Below are positions 27,832 to 38,626 of a stretch of 42,650 nt of DNA, one piece after another (position 1 is the stretch's first letter; every line of letters begins with the position of its first letter). The stretch spans positions 1 through 42,650 of the forward strand of contig JAWSUS010000025.1 of NCBI GenBank assembly GCA_033549025.1. Direction: 5' to 3'. The notes beneath the pieces were generated by a model. The model was not told the DNA's origin. It made no database searches and worked only from the letters and a program-made list of their open reading frames with translations. The translations under genes were made by a program, and so were the position numbers. The stretch comes from Desulfuromonadales bacterium (lineage in GTDB: Bacteria; Desulfobacterota; Desulfuromonadia; Desulfuromonadales; SZUA-540).

Positions 27832-28263
27832 CTATTCTTTGTACAGGATGTAGTGGGCGGCCAGGTCGCCGGTGATTCGTCGTCCCCGGCGATCGAGCAG
27901 AAAAAGCCTGTTTTCACCGACCTGATAGCGCGTGACGCCGTCATTTAGCTGAATGATGTTGCCGTCTTCCATCCAGGTGAAGGTCCCCTGCTCTACAAAC
28001 AGGCGGTCTTCTTGACCGAGAGGGCGGGTTTCGAGGTGGTAGCTTGAATCGGACCTGATAGTGAGGGTCGTTTTCAGGCCGGCGCAGTCGGCGCAGGGCA
28101 GCACGCCAGTATAGGTGCCGGCCCAGTCGAGGGAATTGCGGCTGGTGTGTTCGTCTATGGCCGGATAGTCCGTCAAAATCGAGGCACGATATATGCAACC
28201 GGTCAACGAAAGAAGCAAGGCCAGCAGGAGCATCCTGGCCAGCTGTCGAGTCATCGTTCTCAT
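27832..28263 (-). CDS. NlpE N-terminal-domain lipoprotein
   Basis: Lipobox LTGC; H.SRNSLDW.GTY.GVLPCADC.G and G..ITG.LA..Y.L motifs. Confidence 0.88.
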   Translation of the reverse strand: MRTMTRQLARMLLLALLLSLTGCIYRASILTDYPAIDEHTSRNSLDWAGTYTGVLPCADCAGLKTTLTIRSDSSYHLETRPLGQEDRLFVEQGTFTWMEDGNIIQLNDGVTRYQVGENRLFLLDRRGRRITGDLAAHYILYKE

Positions 28264-28724
28264 CCGTTGCAGCCTGAAAAGAGCCGGCGGATCACCTCCT
28301 GGCGGTAGCTGAAAATATGCTCCAGCCGGCGTCGCACCCAGAGCCGGTGCACCATGTCGCCCAGCAGCGAGTAGCCGATGGCGTAGTGGACCGTATCGAC
28401 GATTTCGACGCCGTCCTTGACGGGGATGAACTGGTGCTGGTGGTACCAGAGCTTGTAGGGGCCAAGTCGCTGCTCATCGACAAAGGAGGACAGAGGCACC
28501 ACATGCTTGATTTCGGTCAGCCACCGGACCCGGATGAAGGGCAGGATGCGAATGCTGTAGCGAATGATCTGCCCCGCATAGGTGGACGGTTCCTCGTCGC
28601 TGAGGATGCGAAAATGCAGGGACGGCGGCGTGATGCGGTTGAGGTTGCCCGGCCGCGAAAAAAAGTCCCAGACTTCTTCCAGGCTGGCCGGTACGGTCTG
28701 GCGGGTGGTCAGGATATGAACCAT
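28260..28724 (-). CDS. SRPBCC (START-like) family protein
   Basis: VWDFFS.P.NL..ITP, W.TEI, FVDEQR.GPY.LW.H.H.F and IF.YR motifs. Confidence 0.9.
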   Translation of the reverse strand: MVHILTTRQTVPASLEEVWDFFSRPGNLNRITPPSLHFRILSDEEPSTYAGQIIRYSIRILPFIRVRWLTEIKHVVPLSSFVDEQRLGPYKLWYHQHQFIPVKDGVEIVDTVHYAIGYSLLGDMVHRLWVRRRLEHIFSYRQEVIRRLFSGCNG

Positions 28725-28910
28725 GATGGAGAAGCATCCTTGGGTGGTGGGTGTTTCGTTAAAGAGCGTGACGTCTTTAAGAGGCGCACGGCCATGACGT
28801 CTTTAAACATACCAGAGTGGCGGCGCCATGGCATGGCTGAACTCGACGTCTGATCCAAAACATTTTTGTTGTGTGCATCGCCTGGCAGGCAGTTGCATGA
28901 AGGTTTGTCG

Positions 28911-31900
28911 ATGACGATTAATTCGCTACGATACCGCTTTGCCCTGATTTTTTCCTTTGTGGCAGGGCTGTTGCTGACGCTGGTGATCTGGCTGAGCGTC
29001 AATATGTCTCATCAGGTCTCGCACAGCCAGCTGGATACCAAGGAAGAGGTCTTCAACGCCTTCCTGCTGGATATGACCCGCGGCGCCCTGCTGCAGGGCG
29101 AGTATGAGGTGCTGCAGCTCTATCTCGAAAAGCTGAAGACAGATCCGGAAGTGATCGATATTCGCGTCGCCGATTCACGCGGGATCATCGTCTCGAGTAC
29201 GGTCCCCTCTGAACTGGGTTCCCGTTTGTCTTCCACATCCACCCATGAGGTCAACCAGGTCAGAAGGCACGACGTCCGCAACGAGACCGGTCTCATCGGC
29301 ACGGTGGAGACCTCTTTTTCCCATGCGGAAATCGAGGGCCAGCACTGGCAGGTTTTACGAAACAGTATTCTCGTGGCTCTTTTGGGGATCGGCCTGGTCG
29401 TTGGTATCAGCCTTTTCCTGGGCTCTCTGCTGACCCGTCGTATGGTTCGCCTGACGGAAGCCGCCACCCTGCTGGCTCAGGGCGACCTGTCCGTACAGGT
29501 TGATCTGGGAGGCGGGGCCAATGACGAAATCAGAATTCTCGGCAATGCCTTCAATGTCATGGCCCGGCGGCTGGAGGCGATGGTCAAAACGCTGCGCACC
29601 GTCAATGCGAGCCTGGAGGAGCGGGTGCGCGAACGGACCGCCTTGCTGGAATCGGCCAACCAGGAACTGGAAAAAGCCCGGGATGCGGCCCAGATCGCCA
29701 ATGTGGCCAAAGGCAGCTTTCTGGCCAACATGTCGCATGAAATCCGCACGCCCATGAATGCCATCATTGGCATGACCCATCTCGCCCTCAAGACCGATCT
29801 TTCCCCCCGGCAGCGCGAGTACCTGCGCAAGGTCAGCTCTTCTGCCGATTCACTGCTGGCGATTATCAACGACATTCTCGACTTTTCCAAAATTGAGGCC
29901 GGGCGCCTCGAGATGGAAAATCAGGAATTCTTGCTGGAAGAGCTGCTGGACAAGGTGACTATGCTGGTGTCCGGCAAGATGCTGGATAAAAAGCTCGAGT
30001 TTCTGGTGGAGGTTGATCCGGCGCTTCCTCCCTCTCTCAAAGGGGATTCCCTGCGGGTAGGACAGGTTCTGGCCAATCTGTGCAATAACGCGGCAAAGTT
30101 CACCGAGCAGGGCGAGATCGTGCTGCGCGTTCGGCGGTTGGCCGAAGAGGGCAACCAGGTGCGTCTGCAATTTTCCGTGCGGGATACGGGGATCGGCATG
30201 AGTCAGGAGGTGATAGGACGGCTTTTCAAGCCTTTCACTCAGGCCGATGCGTCCACCACGCGCAAATATGGCGGCACCGGCCTGGGGCTGGCGATCTGCA
30301 AGCAGCTGGTCGAGATGATGGATGGCGAGTTCAGCGTCAGCAGCGAACCCGGCCAGGGGAGTGAATTCAGCTTCACCGCCCGTCTCGGCATCGGGCACCT
30401 GGTGCAGCCTTCACGGCAAGCTGAGGCCCTGGGCATTCAGGGCAGGCGCATTTTGGTCGTGGATGACAATCCCACCGCCCGCGAGATTTTTGAAAGCCAG
30501 CTTACCGCTTTGAATTTTAACGTTGGCACGGCCGGGAGCGCCGATGCGGCTATGGCCGCCCTGCAGGAGGCGGAGCTGTGCGGCCAGCCTTACAGCCTGG
30601 TCATCATGGACTGGCTCATGCCTGACGTGGACGGCTTCGAGGCCGCCCGCCGCATCCGGGTCGGACGCACTCTCCGCCAGCGCCCCCGTGTCATCATGGC
30701 CACGGCCTATGGCTGTGAAGAGACCATTCGTCGTTCTGCCGCCGAGGGACTAGACGGCTATATCACCAAGCCGGCAAACCTGTCCGTTCTGCTCGACAGC
30801 ATCATGTCTGCCTTCGGGCAGCAAGGCGCTGAAGGTGCCGGCTCGCCCGATTTTACCCGTTGGGACGACCATCGCCAGGAGTCCATGCTCCCCGCGCTGG
30901 TCGGCGGCCGCGTTCTGCTGGTGGAGGACAACGACTTCAATCGTCAGGTGGCTGTGGAGTTGCTGACCTCTTTTGGCCTGCGGGTAACGACCGCTGAAAA
31001 CGGCGCCGAGGCTGTTCGGCTTTTTGCCGGACTTAGACCCGACCTGGTTTTCATGGATATCCAGATGCCGGTCATGGATGGTTTTGAAGCCACCCGGCAG
31101 ATTCGGCTGCTGCCCGAAGGCGCCAGTGTGCCCATCGTCGCCATGACCGCCCACGCCATGGCTTCCGACCGCGAGAACTGCCTGCGGGCCGGCATGGACG
31201 ACTATCTGTCCAAGCCTATCGATCTCGATCAGCTGATGGCGGTGCTGCTCAAATGGATCAAGCCGGCTACGCCGCCCACCGACACGGCTACCGGGCCGGC
31301 TTCGGCGGCGGTCCCTCGCCTGCCGGAGAGCCTGGCCGGCATCGATCTGGAAAAAGGATTGCACTACAGCAACAACAAGCCCGCTTTTTATATCGAGTTG
31401 CTGCGCAACTTCACCCGCACCCGCCGCCGGGCCGACGAGGAGATACGGCAGGCTCTTGACCGGGGTGACCGCGAGGGGGCCCGCCGCTGTGCGCACAGTC
31501 TTAAATCGATCTGTGGCATCATTGGCGCCGGGTCTTTGGCCGAGGCGGCCGCGCAGCTGGAGTCTGTGCTCAAAGATCCGCAAGGACAGCCTGCCGAAGC
31601 TCTGGAGGCCTTCTCTACACAGCTGTCCGAGCTCGTGCAGGTTCTGGACAACTGTCCGGAACTGGCCGCCGGTCCGGTCAGCGCCGACAAAGGAATGGCG
31701 GAGGCGGGATTCTGTCTACTGGCCGCCCGTGAAATCGCCTCGCTGCTGGACAGTGATCTGCCCGGCGCCATGAAACAGATTGACGCCCTGGAAAAAAGGC
31801 TGGCGGGCGGAAGCCTGCACCCGGCGCTATTGCAACTAAAAGAATGTATGGGCGTCTTTGATATTGATCAGGCTCATGATATTTTGGAGCGGTTGATCGA

Positions 31901-31943
31901 TGAGCTGCGGCAGGAAGGACTTGAGTTGCAACATGCACGGTAA
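28911..31943 (+). CDS. Hybrid sensor histidine kinase (TM-HAMP-HisKA-HATPase-REC-REC-Hpt)
   Basis: [35 protein letters not shown], two receiver domains, AHSLKS Hpt. Confidence 0.95.
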   Translation: MTINSLRYRFALIFSFVAGLLLTLVIWLSVNMSHQVSHSQLDTKEEVFNAFLLDMTRGALLQGEYEVLQLYLEKLKTDPEVIDIRVADSRGIIVSSTVPSELGSRLSSTSTHEVNQVRRHDVRNETGLIGTVETSFSHAEIEGQHWQVLRNSILVALLGIGLVVGISLFLGSLLTRRMVRLTEAATLLAQGDLSVQVDLGGGANDEIRILGNAFNVMARRLEAMVKTLRTVNASLEERVRERTALLESANQELEKARDAAQIANVAKGSFLANMSHEIRTPMNAIIGMTHLALKTDLSPRQREYLRKVSSSADSLLAIINDILDFSKIEAGRLEMENQEFLLEELLDKVTMLVSGKMLDKKLEFLVEVDPALPPSLKGDSLRVGQVLANLCNNAAKFTEQGEIVLRVRRLAEEGNQVRLQFSVRDTGIGMSQEVIGRLFKPFTQADASTTRKYGGTGLGLAICKQLVEMMDGEFSVSSEPGQGSEFSFTARLGIGHLVQPSRQAEALGIQGRRILVVDDNPTAREIFESQLTALNFNVGTAGSADAAMAALQEAELCGQPYSLVIMDWLMPDVDGFEAARRIRVGRTLRQRPRVIMATAYGCEETIRRSAAEGLDGYITKPANLSVLLDSIMSAFGQQGAEGAGSPDFTRWDDHRQESMLPALVGGRVLLVEDNDFNRQVAVELLTSFGLRVTTAENGAEAVRLFAGLRPDLVFMDIQMPVMDGFEATRQIRLLPEGASVPIVAMTAHAMASDRENCLRAGMDDYLSKPIDLDQLMAVLLKWIKPATPPTDTATGPASAAVPRLPESLAGIDLEKGLHYSNNKPAFYIELLRNFTRTRRRADEEIRQALDRGDREGARRCAHSLKSICGIIGAGSLAEAAAQLESVLKDPQGQPAEALEAFSTQLSELVQVLDNCPELAAGPVSADKGMAEAGFCLLAAREIASLLDSDLPGAMKQIDALEKRLAGGSLHPALLQLKECMGVFDIDQAHDILERLIDELRQEGLELQHAR

Positions 31944-33045
31944 TTTGCAGAGGCACAAGGTACTGATTGTCGATGACACCCCGGAGTATATTCAGGTATT
32001 GCTGAATCTGCTGCAGGATGAGTATGCCATCGTCGTGGCCAATAATGGCGAGCGCGCCCTGAAACTGGCGTCGACGGAACCCGCCCCCGATATCATTCTG
32101 CTCGATGTCTTGATGCCCGGCCTTGACGGGTACGAGGTCTGCCGCCGTCTCAAGGCCGATACCCGCACGGCGGCCATCCCCGTTATTTTTCTGACTGGGC
32201 TGTCCGACAGCGTCGACGAGCAGCGCGGCCTCGACCTGGGCGCCGTCGACTACATCCACAAACCCATCGCTCCGTCCCTGGTGAAAGCGCGCCTGCGCAA
32301 TCACCTCGAGCTCAAGACCCACCGAGACCATCTGGAAGAAATGGTTTCCGAACGTACCCGCGAACTGCTGCTGACCCAGGATGCCGCCATCTTCGGTCTG
32401 GGCATCCTGGCCGAGTATCGCGATATCGAGACGGGCGAGCATATCCGCCGGACCCAGGAATATGTTCGGATCATTGCCGAACACTTGAGAGACCATCCGC
32501 GCTTCAAGGGCTATTTTGATTACGAAACCCAGCGATTGCTGCTGAACTCGGCTCCGCTGCACGATATTGGTAAGGTGGGGGTGGCGGACATTGTCCTGCA
32601 AAAGCCCGGCCCCCTGACCCCGGCCGAAATGGAAATCATGAAGCAGCATACCCTCTTCGGACGCGAGATCATCAGCCGCATCGAAGCGGGGATGCACAAC
32701 CAGCCGGCCTCGTCTTTCCTGCGTATTGCCGGGGAGATCGCCTATACCCATCATGAGCATTGGGACGGCAGCGGCTATCACGGTCTGAAGGGCGAGGAAA
32801 TCCCGATTTCCGGGCGTCTGATGGCTCTGGCCGATGTCTATGACGCCTTGACCAGCGAAAGGGTCTACAAGCAGGCTTACAGCCATCAAGAAGCGATCCG
32901 GCTGATAAGCCAGGGGGACGGACGAACCTGCCCCGAACATTTCGATCCCTATGTGCTGCAGGCCTTTTTGGATCAGGCCGAAGAAGTCGGCATGGTCTGT
33001 TTATTTTGTCGCGAGGATTCCCCTGGCGCGGCCGTAGCGCCCTAG
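31933..33045 (+). CDS. REC + HD-GYP response regulator (putative c-di-GMP phosphodiesterase)
   Basis: Receiver motifs; [22 protein letters not shown] and LADVYDAL; start overlaps the kinase 3' end. Confidence 0.93.
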   Translation: MHGNLQRHKVLIVDDTPEYIQVLLNLLQDEYAIVVANNGERALKLASTEPAPDIILLDVLMPGLDGYEVCRRLKADTRTAAIPVIFLTGLSDSVDEQRGLDLGAVDYIHKPIAPSLVKARLRNHLELKTHRDHLEEMVSERTRELLLTQDAAIFGLGILAEYRDIETGEHIRRTQEYVRIIAEHLRDHPRFKGYFDYETQRLLLNSAPLHDIGKVGVADIVLQKPGPLTPAEMEIMKQHTLFGREIISRIEAGMHNQPASSFLRIAGEIAYTHHEHWDGSGYHGLKGEEIPISGRLMALADVYDALTSERVYKQAYSHQEAIRLISQGDGRTCPEHFDPYVLQAFLDQAEEVGMVCLFCREDSPGAAVAP

Positions 33046-33092
33046 AACCCGGCGTCGCTTGACTGGAAATAAAAGCAGGTAAGGAGATACGC

Positions 33093-33962
33093 ATGTCCCT
33101 AAATCGCTGGCACCGTCTGCTGGTCGCCCTGTTCGTCGTGGTTCTGCTGCAGGTTCCCGCCCAGGCCCTGGAAGCCCCGGAGCCCCCGCAAGAGTACGTT
33201 CTGGGTGTTTTCCCCTTTTTGCCGATCGCCAATCTGGAAAGAATCTTCGCGCCCCTCGCCGCGGACCTCTCCAAGCAACTGGGCAAGCCGATCAAGCTAC
33301 GCTTGAGCAGTTCCTACGCGAAATTCATCACCGAGCTTAAAAGAGGCAGTTTCGATATCGTTCACATTCATCCCTTCGACTATATCCGTTTTGGCAAAAA
33401 CCAGGGATATGAGCCGCTGGTGGCCCGGTCGGAGAACCTTTTCGCCCTCTTCTCGGTCAAGATCGATTCGCCGATCAACGACATCGGCGAGCTGCAGGGA
33501 AAAGTGGTCGGCACTCCGCCGGTTACCGGCTCGGTGACGTATCTGGCCCTGGACGAACTGCGGAAAAATGGCCTGGTGCCCGATCAGGATGTCACGATTG
33601 AGAACTTCTCCAACCACCTGGCTTGCCTGCAACAGTTGCAGATCGGCAATATCGACGCCTGCGCCACCAGTTCGTCCACGTTGAAAACCTTTGAATCCCA
33701 GTTTGGGCTGTCGCTCAAACGCCTCGGGCAATCGGGCGAGATTCCCCATACCCTGTTTGCCGCCCATGAAAGACTGCCGGCCGCTGAGCGGGCCACCATC
33801 AAAAAGTTCCTGCTCTCCTGTCAGCTCTCCTATATTGACGAAAACCTGCGGGAGCTCTTTATTGAATCTTCCGATGCGAAAAGCGGCCGCTATTTCAAGG
33901 CGGTAGTTGACCAGGATTACGATCAGGCCCGTCTGATTCTGGAACGATTGACTGCCCCCTGA
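33093..33962 (+). CDS. PhnD/phosphate-phosphonate-type periplasmic substrate-binding protein
   Basis: Signal peptide; LGVFP, L.GKV.G, H..C...L..G.IDA, S..IP...FAAH and D.DYD motifs; AAGGAG RBS. Confidence 0.8.
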   Translation: MSLNRWHRLLVALFVVVLLQVPAQALEAPEPPQEYVLGVFPFLPIANLERIFAPLAADLSKQLGKPIKLRLSSSYAKFITELKRGSFDIVHIHPFDYIRFGKNQGYEPLVARSENLFALFSVKIDSPINDIGELQGKVVGTPPVTGSVTYLALDELRKNGLVPDQDVTIENFSNHLACLQQLQIGNIDACATSSSTLKTFESQFGLSLKRLGQSGEIPHTLFAAHERLPAAERATIKKFLLSCQLSYIDENLRELFIESSDAKSGRYFKAVVDQDYDQARLILERLTAP

Positions 33963-34084
33963 CGGAAGGTTTGCGGCCAAAGCCCTGCGTCTGGCGCCAG
34001 GCAACGGGCAGGATATAATAAAGGACAGCCGCAGAAAAACGAGAGAGGGATTTTCATCTGGATAGAGGGGTTAAGCGATTGTCC

Positions 34085-36853
34085 ATGCGAGCGCGGTTTT
34101 TAAAATGGACGGGACGTCGGCTCTGGCTGGCTATCTCACTGTTCCTCGGTCTGGGCGCCACGGCCCAGGCCACAGAGACCCTCACCCTCGGCCTCTTCGC
34201 CTATCGTCCTAAACCCATTCTCGAAAAGTCCTACCAGCCTCTGGCCGATTACCTCACGGCGCAGCTTAAAGACGTCCGGGTTGAACTGCACGTGCTTGCC
34301 ATGGAAGAGTTCGTGCCGGCGCTGGACGCCGGCGAGATCGATCTGCTTTTCACCAATCCCAGTCATTACACGGTATTGCGCAACCGCAATTCCCTCACCG
34401 GTGCTCTGGCCACCCTGATCAGCATCCAGAACGGCGTGCCCACCTGCAATCTGGGGGGTGTGATCATCACCCGTTGGGAGCGGTCCGATGTGGCCTCGCT
34501 GACCGATCTGCGGCGGCGGCGCCTCGCGGTTCCCGGCACCAAGTTCCTGGGCGGATATCAGACCCAGGCCTTCGAGTTGCTGCAGGCCGGCCTCAAGCTC
34601 CCGGAAGAGGCTACGGTTCTTGTGGCCGAAAGTCATGACGCCGTGGTGCAAAAGGTGTTGTCCGGCGAGGTCGACGCCGGTTTCATCCGCACCGGCATCA
34701 TCGAGCAGTTGACCGCCGAGGGCACTCTCGACCCAAGTCGTCTGCGCGTGCTTCATCCGCAAGAACATTCCGGGTTCCCCTACCGGGTCTCTACCCGACT
34801 CTATCCTGAATGGCCCTTTGTCGCGCTGCCCCATGTGGATAGCGCGCATGTGCGAAAAATCGCTGCCGCCCTGCTGGCTCTCGATGCTTCCCATCCTGTC
34901 GCCATCGCCACCGGCATTGGCGGTTTCGCGCCGCCGGCCGATTATACGCCGGTAGACGCCTTGGCCCGCGCCCTGCGCCTGCCGCCCTACGACCAGGCGC
35001 CAGCCTTCACCTGGGCGGATATCTGGGCGAAGTACGAGATTCTCATCGTGGTTGTCGTGACCTTTCTGGGGGTGACGACGCTGCTGCTGATCCTGAACAT
35101 ACGCAGCAATCGGGCTTTTGAACGGGCCTATCGCGAGCAACAGCTTGAGCGCCAAAAGGCACAGAACTATCTGGACACGGTGCAGACCCTGATGCTGGCC
35201 CTGGACAGGCAGGGGCGCATCACCATGATCAACCGCTTCGGCTGTGATCTGCTGGGCTATGAGGATAAGGATCTCCTCGGCCGCAACTGGTTTGCGGCCT
35301 GTCTGCCCCAACCCGAGGGGATGGAGGAAATCTACCCCTTTTTCCAAAAGCTAATTGACGGCGCCATCGAAGCGGACCGGGCGCAAGGCTATGAAAATCC
35401 GGTGCAGTGCCGTGATGGCAGTCGGCGTCTGCTGACCTGGCAGGTGGCTCTGCTGCGGGACGAACGCGGAGGTGTTCTCGGCTCCCTGAACTCGGGGCAG
35501 GATATTACCGAAAAGCGGATGGCCCAAGAGGCGCTACAGGAGGAACGGCAGCAGTTGGCCAATATCCTGTGGGGGACCGGTACCGGCACCTGGGAGTGGA
35601 ATGTGCAGACGGGCGAGACGCGCTTTAACGAGCGCTGGGCCCAGATGATCGGCTACTCTCTGGAAGAGATCGCCCCGATCAGCATCGCCACCTGGGAAAG
35701 ATTCACCCATCCCGACGACCTGGTCCGCTCCGAGCAGGCTCTGCACCGCCATTTTTCCGGCGAAGTCGAAAATTACGAGTGCGAGGCGCGCATGAAGCAC
35801 CGGGACGGGCACTGGATCTGGGTGCTCGACCGGGGCCGCATTATCTCCCGGGACGCCGAGGGCCGGCCCCTGTGGATGGCGGGTACCCACCTGGAGATCA
35901 CCGCGCGCAAAGAGGCCGAAATGGCCTTGCGGCAGAGCGAGGAATACCACCGCTCGGTCGTCGAGGTGCTGGCCGAAGGGATCGTCATCCAGGATGTCGA
36001 TGGCCGCATCGTCGAGTGCAATCCCTCGGCGATACGTCTTTTGGGGCTGCCGCGCGAAAAGATCTGCGGTCGCCTGCTTCTGGAGTTGAGCACCACAATC
36101 TTGCAGTCCGATGGCAGCCCCTATCCCCCCGACCAGCATCCTGTCCAGCGCTGTCTGCGGGATGAACAGCCGATTTACGACGATGTAGTGGGTATCGGCC
36201 AACCCTCCGGAGACATCCTCTGGCTCAGCCTCAACACCCAGCCGGTTTACGACACCAAGGCGAGCAGTGCTTCTGTCCTCGCCATTGTCTCCTCTTTCGT
36301 GGATATCACCACGCAGCGGCAGCAGCAAAAACAGCTCGAACACCTGGCGCACTATGACGCCCTGACCCATCTGCCCAACCGCGTCCTGCTGGTCGACCGT
36401 TTAAGGCAGGCCATGGCCCAGGTCAAGCGCCGCAGCCAGAACTTGGCCGTTGTCTACATCGATCTTGATGGTTTCAAGGAAGTAAATGACCGCTACGGTC
36501 ATGACGTGGGGGATGAGCTGCTCAAAACGCTGGCTGAGCGCCTGCGTGGTGTATTGCGTGAAGTCGACACCGTGGCCCGCATGGGTGGTGACGAATTTAT
36601 CGCCATTCTGAGCGACCTGCCGGAGAGGGACGCCGTGCTGCCGCTTGTCGAACGTCTGCTCGAATGCTGCTCCCGCCCCTTTGACATCCAGGGCAGCCAG
36701 GTGCAGGTATCCGGCTCTCTCGGCGTCACCTTCTATCCGCAGCCCGACTCCGTCGAGGCCACCCAGTTGATGGCCCAGGCCGATCAAGCCATGTACCAGG
36801 CCAAGCAGGCCGGCAAGAACCGCTATCGTCTGTTTGCTGGTGCGAAAGGATGA
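34085..36853 (+). CDS. Diguanylate cyclase with PhnD-like periplasmic domain, TM and three PAS domains
   Basis: TRLYPEWPF.A binding-domain motif, TM helix, PAS/PAC repeats, DALT.LPNR, REVD I-site, GGDEF; alternative start TTG 34079. Confidence 0.93.
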   Translation: MRARFLKWTGRRLWLAISLFLGLGATAQATETLTLGLFAYRPKPILEKSYQPLADYLTAQLKDVRVELHVLAMEEFVPALDAGEIDLLFTNPSHYTVLRNRNSLTGALATLISIQNGVPTCNLGGVIITRWERSDVASLTDLRRRRLAVPGTKFLGGYQTQAFELLQAGLKLPEEATVLVAESHDAVVQKVLSGEVDAGFIRTGIIEQLTAEGTLDPSRLRVLHPQEHSGFPYRVSTRLYPEWPFVALPHVDSAHVRKIAAALLALDASHPVAIATGIGGFAPPADYTPVDALARALRLPPYDQAPAFTWADIWAKYEILIVVVVTFLGVTTLLLILNIRSNRAFERAYREQQLERQKAQNYLDTVQTLMLALDRQGRITMINRFGCDLLGYEDKDLLGRNWFAACLPQPEGMEEIYPFFQKLIDGAIEADRAQGYENPVQCRDGSRRLLTWQVALLRDERGGVLGSLNSGQDITEKRMAQEALQEERQQLANILWGTGTGTWEWNVQTGETRFNERWAQMIGYSLEEIAPISIATWERFTHPDDLVRSEQALHRHFSGEVENYECEARMKHRDGHWIWVLDRGRIISRDAEGRPLWMAGTHLEITARKEAEMALRQSEEYHRSVVEVLAEGIVIQDVDGRIVECNPSAIRLLGLPREKICGRLLLELSTTILQSDGSPYPPDQHPVQRCLRDEQPIYDDVVGIGQPSGDILWLSLNTQPVYDTKASSASVLAIVSSFVDITTQRQQQKQLEHLAHYDALTHLPNRVLLVDRLRQAMAQVKRRSQNLAVVYIDLDGFKEVNDRYGHDVGDELLKTLAERLRGVLREVDTVARMGGDEFIAILSDLPERDAVLPLVERLLECCSRPFDIQGSQVQVSGSLGVTFYPQPDSVEATQLMAQADQAMYQAKQAGKNRYRLFAGAKG

Positions 36854-36879
36854 GCCTTGCGGCAAAGTTGGCGGAGCCG

Positions 36880-37434
36880 CTAGGGATGATTCACAAAGAT
36901 CAGCTGGTCGACGGCAAAACCTCGCGCGGCCGCTGAGGCGATAAACCGCTTCTGCACTTCCTCGTTGACCTGGGGGGTTCGGGCCAGCAGCCACAGATAC
37001 GAGGTGTCGGGGCCACAGACGAAGGCGTACTGGTAATGTTCGCGGTCAAGCTCGAAGATCACGTACGAGCCGTAAAAGGGCCCGAAAAACGATACCTTCA
37101 GATAACCCTCGCTCGGCTCATGCACGAAATAAGCCTTGCCTTCTGCCTCTTTCCAACGATTTTCCTTTGGCGAAAACCCCCGGTTTATGACCCGAACGCC
37201 GCCATCCCCGCGCCGGCTGTATTCGGCCGATACCCGTTCCAGCCCCCGCTCGAAGGAGTGATCCAGTCGGGCGATTTCGTACCAGGTTCCCAGATAGCGG
37301 TCGAGGTCAAACCCCTGGACAGGGCGGACCTGCTCCGGCACACCCAGACAGCCGCCGAGACAGAGGGCGACCAGAGCGGCAAACCAGGTTTTCAGCCTGC
37401 TTTTCGAAGGCAATGGGTGGTCGTCGCGGGGCAT
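36880..37434 (-). CDS. blc: Outer-membrane lipocalin Blc
   Basis: Lipobox LGGC; FDLDRYLGTWYEIARLDHSFERGL, LKVSFFGPFY and YLWLLARTP motifs. Confidence 0.93.
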   Translation of the reverse strand: MPRDDHPLPSKSRLKTWFAALVALCLGGCLGVPEQVRPVQGFDLDRYLGTWYEIARLDHSFERGLERVSAEYSRRGDGGVRVINRGFSPKENRWKEAEGKAYFVHEPSEGYLKVSFFGPFYGSYVIFELDREHYQYAFVCGPDTSYLWLLARTPQVNEEVQKRFIASAAARGFAVDQLIFVNHP

Positions 37435-37453
37435 GCCCCTGTCTCCCTTCCGA

Positions 37454-37867
37454 CTAGCGGTCAAACGCCTGTCCTCTTTTCATCAGAAAATAGCCAGCGG
37501 TCAGGGCCAGAATAATGGCGGCGATGCCCAGCATGACCCAGCTGTCGACCTCTTGAAGATCCAGAATGATGACTTTGCGGGCAATGGCGATGATGGCGAC
37601 GGAGAGCACGACCTCGTAATGAGGCTGCCCCTGGGTCTGGAAGGTTTTGATGATGGTTTCGAGCAGTTCGATGCCGATGAGGACCAGCAGAAAGAGGCCG
37701 AAGATTTCCAGGAGCTGTTCGATGCTCAGCAGGAAGAGGGGAGGTTCAAGGATGTCCTTGATAATGAGCCAGCCCAGGTCAAGGGTGGCAAGGCCCAGCA
37801 CGATGGCCATCATGATCATGAGAGCCTTGATCATGAGCCGCTCGTATTGCTTCAGGAGGGTGAACAT
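37454..37867 (-). CDS. Phosphate-starvation-inducible PsiE family membrane protein
   Basis: FLLVLIGIELLETI and VAIIAIARKVIILD motifs; 4 TM. Confidence 0.88.
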   Translation of the reverse strand: MFTLLKQYERLMIKALMIMMAIVLGLATLDLGWLIIKDILEPPLFLLSIEQLLEIFGLFLLVLIGIELLETIIKTFQTQGQPHYEVVLSVAIIAIARKVIILDLQEVDSWVMLGIAAIILALTAGYFLMKRGQAFDR

Positions 37868-37876
37868 GGTGGCCTC

Positions 37877-38548
37877 TCAACGACTCTGTTGCAGGGACCG
37901 CTCCATATAGCGCGCTGTCGGGTCCGGGTTGAAACAGTAAGGTTCAATATCCGCAAAACCGAGACTTTTGTAAAGACTTATCGCCGGGGTCATGCGCTCC
38001 AGGGTGTCCAGCCGCATGCGCTGAAAGCCCAGGTTCCTGGCCTCGTCGATAAGTTTTTCGCACAGGCGTCGTCCTATGCCCAGGCCTTTGAAGCGGTCGT
38101 GGACGAAGAGTCGCTTCATCTCGCAGATTTCCGACGACAGGCGCCGCAGACCCACGCCCCCCGCCAGTTCTCCGGCCTGCCAGGCCAGCAGGTAGACCCC
38201 GGCGGGTGGGCCGTACATGGCGGAAAAGCGCGACAGCTCGAGCTCTTCATCGACGTTCTGAAAGGACAGGTCCATGTCCAACCACTGCAGATAGGCCCTG
38301 GTCAGTCCGATGGCGGCGCTGAAATCCTCCTCCGTCAGACACCGGGCGAGGCGTATCCCGTCGCCCTGCGGCCGGCTCGTGTAGGTCTGCTTGTGGCCTT
38401 TTTCTTCATAGCCAGCGACCATCCTTTGCGCCCCCTCGCGTGAAAGCCCCGCGGCCACGATAAAGGTGTTGCCGTTATCGTCCAGCCGGACAACGCACCA
38501 GTCGTCGTCCCTGGCAGCTTCCTGTTGCCAGCTCTGCCGTTTGTCCAT
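37877..38548 (-). CDS. GNAT acetyltransferase with extra N-terminal small domain
   Basis: CEMKRLFV...F.G.GIGR.L, RLDTL..M..AI.LY.SLGF; start could be 38575 or 38548. Confidence 0.88.
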   Translation of the reverse strand: MDKRQSWQQEAARDDDWCVVRLDDNGNTFIVAAGLSREGAQRMVAGYEEKGHKQTYTSRPQGDGIRLARCLTEEDFSAAIGLTRAYLQWLDMDLSFQNVDEELELSRFSAMYGPPAGVYLLAWQAGELAGGVGLRRLSSEICEMKRLFVHDRFKGLGIGRRLCEKLIDEARNLGFQRMRLDTLERMTPAISLYKSLGFADIEPYCFNPDPTARYMERSLQQSR

Positions 38549-38575
38549 CGCCGTTGCCCTGACAGCTGTCTTCAT

Positions 38576-38607
38576 AAAAAACCGAGCCCTTCGGCTGAAG
38601 GGCTCGG
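38576..38607 (-). terminator. Rho-independent terminator after katG-rubrerythrin
   Basis: Minus strand CCGAGCCCTTC-AGCC-GAAGGGCTCGG-TTTTTT. Confidence 0.9.
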
Positions 38608-38626
38608 GGCGTTGCGCCGGTTGTAA

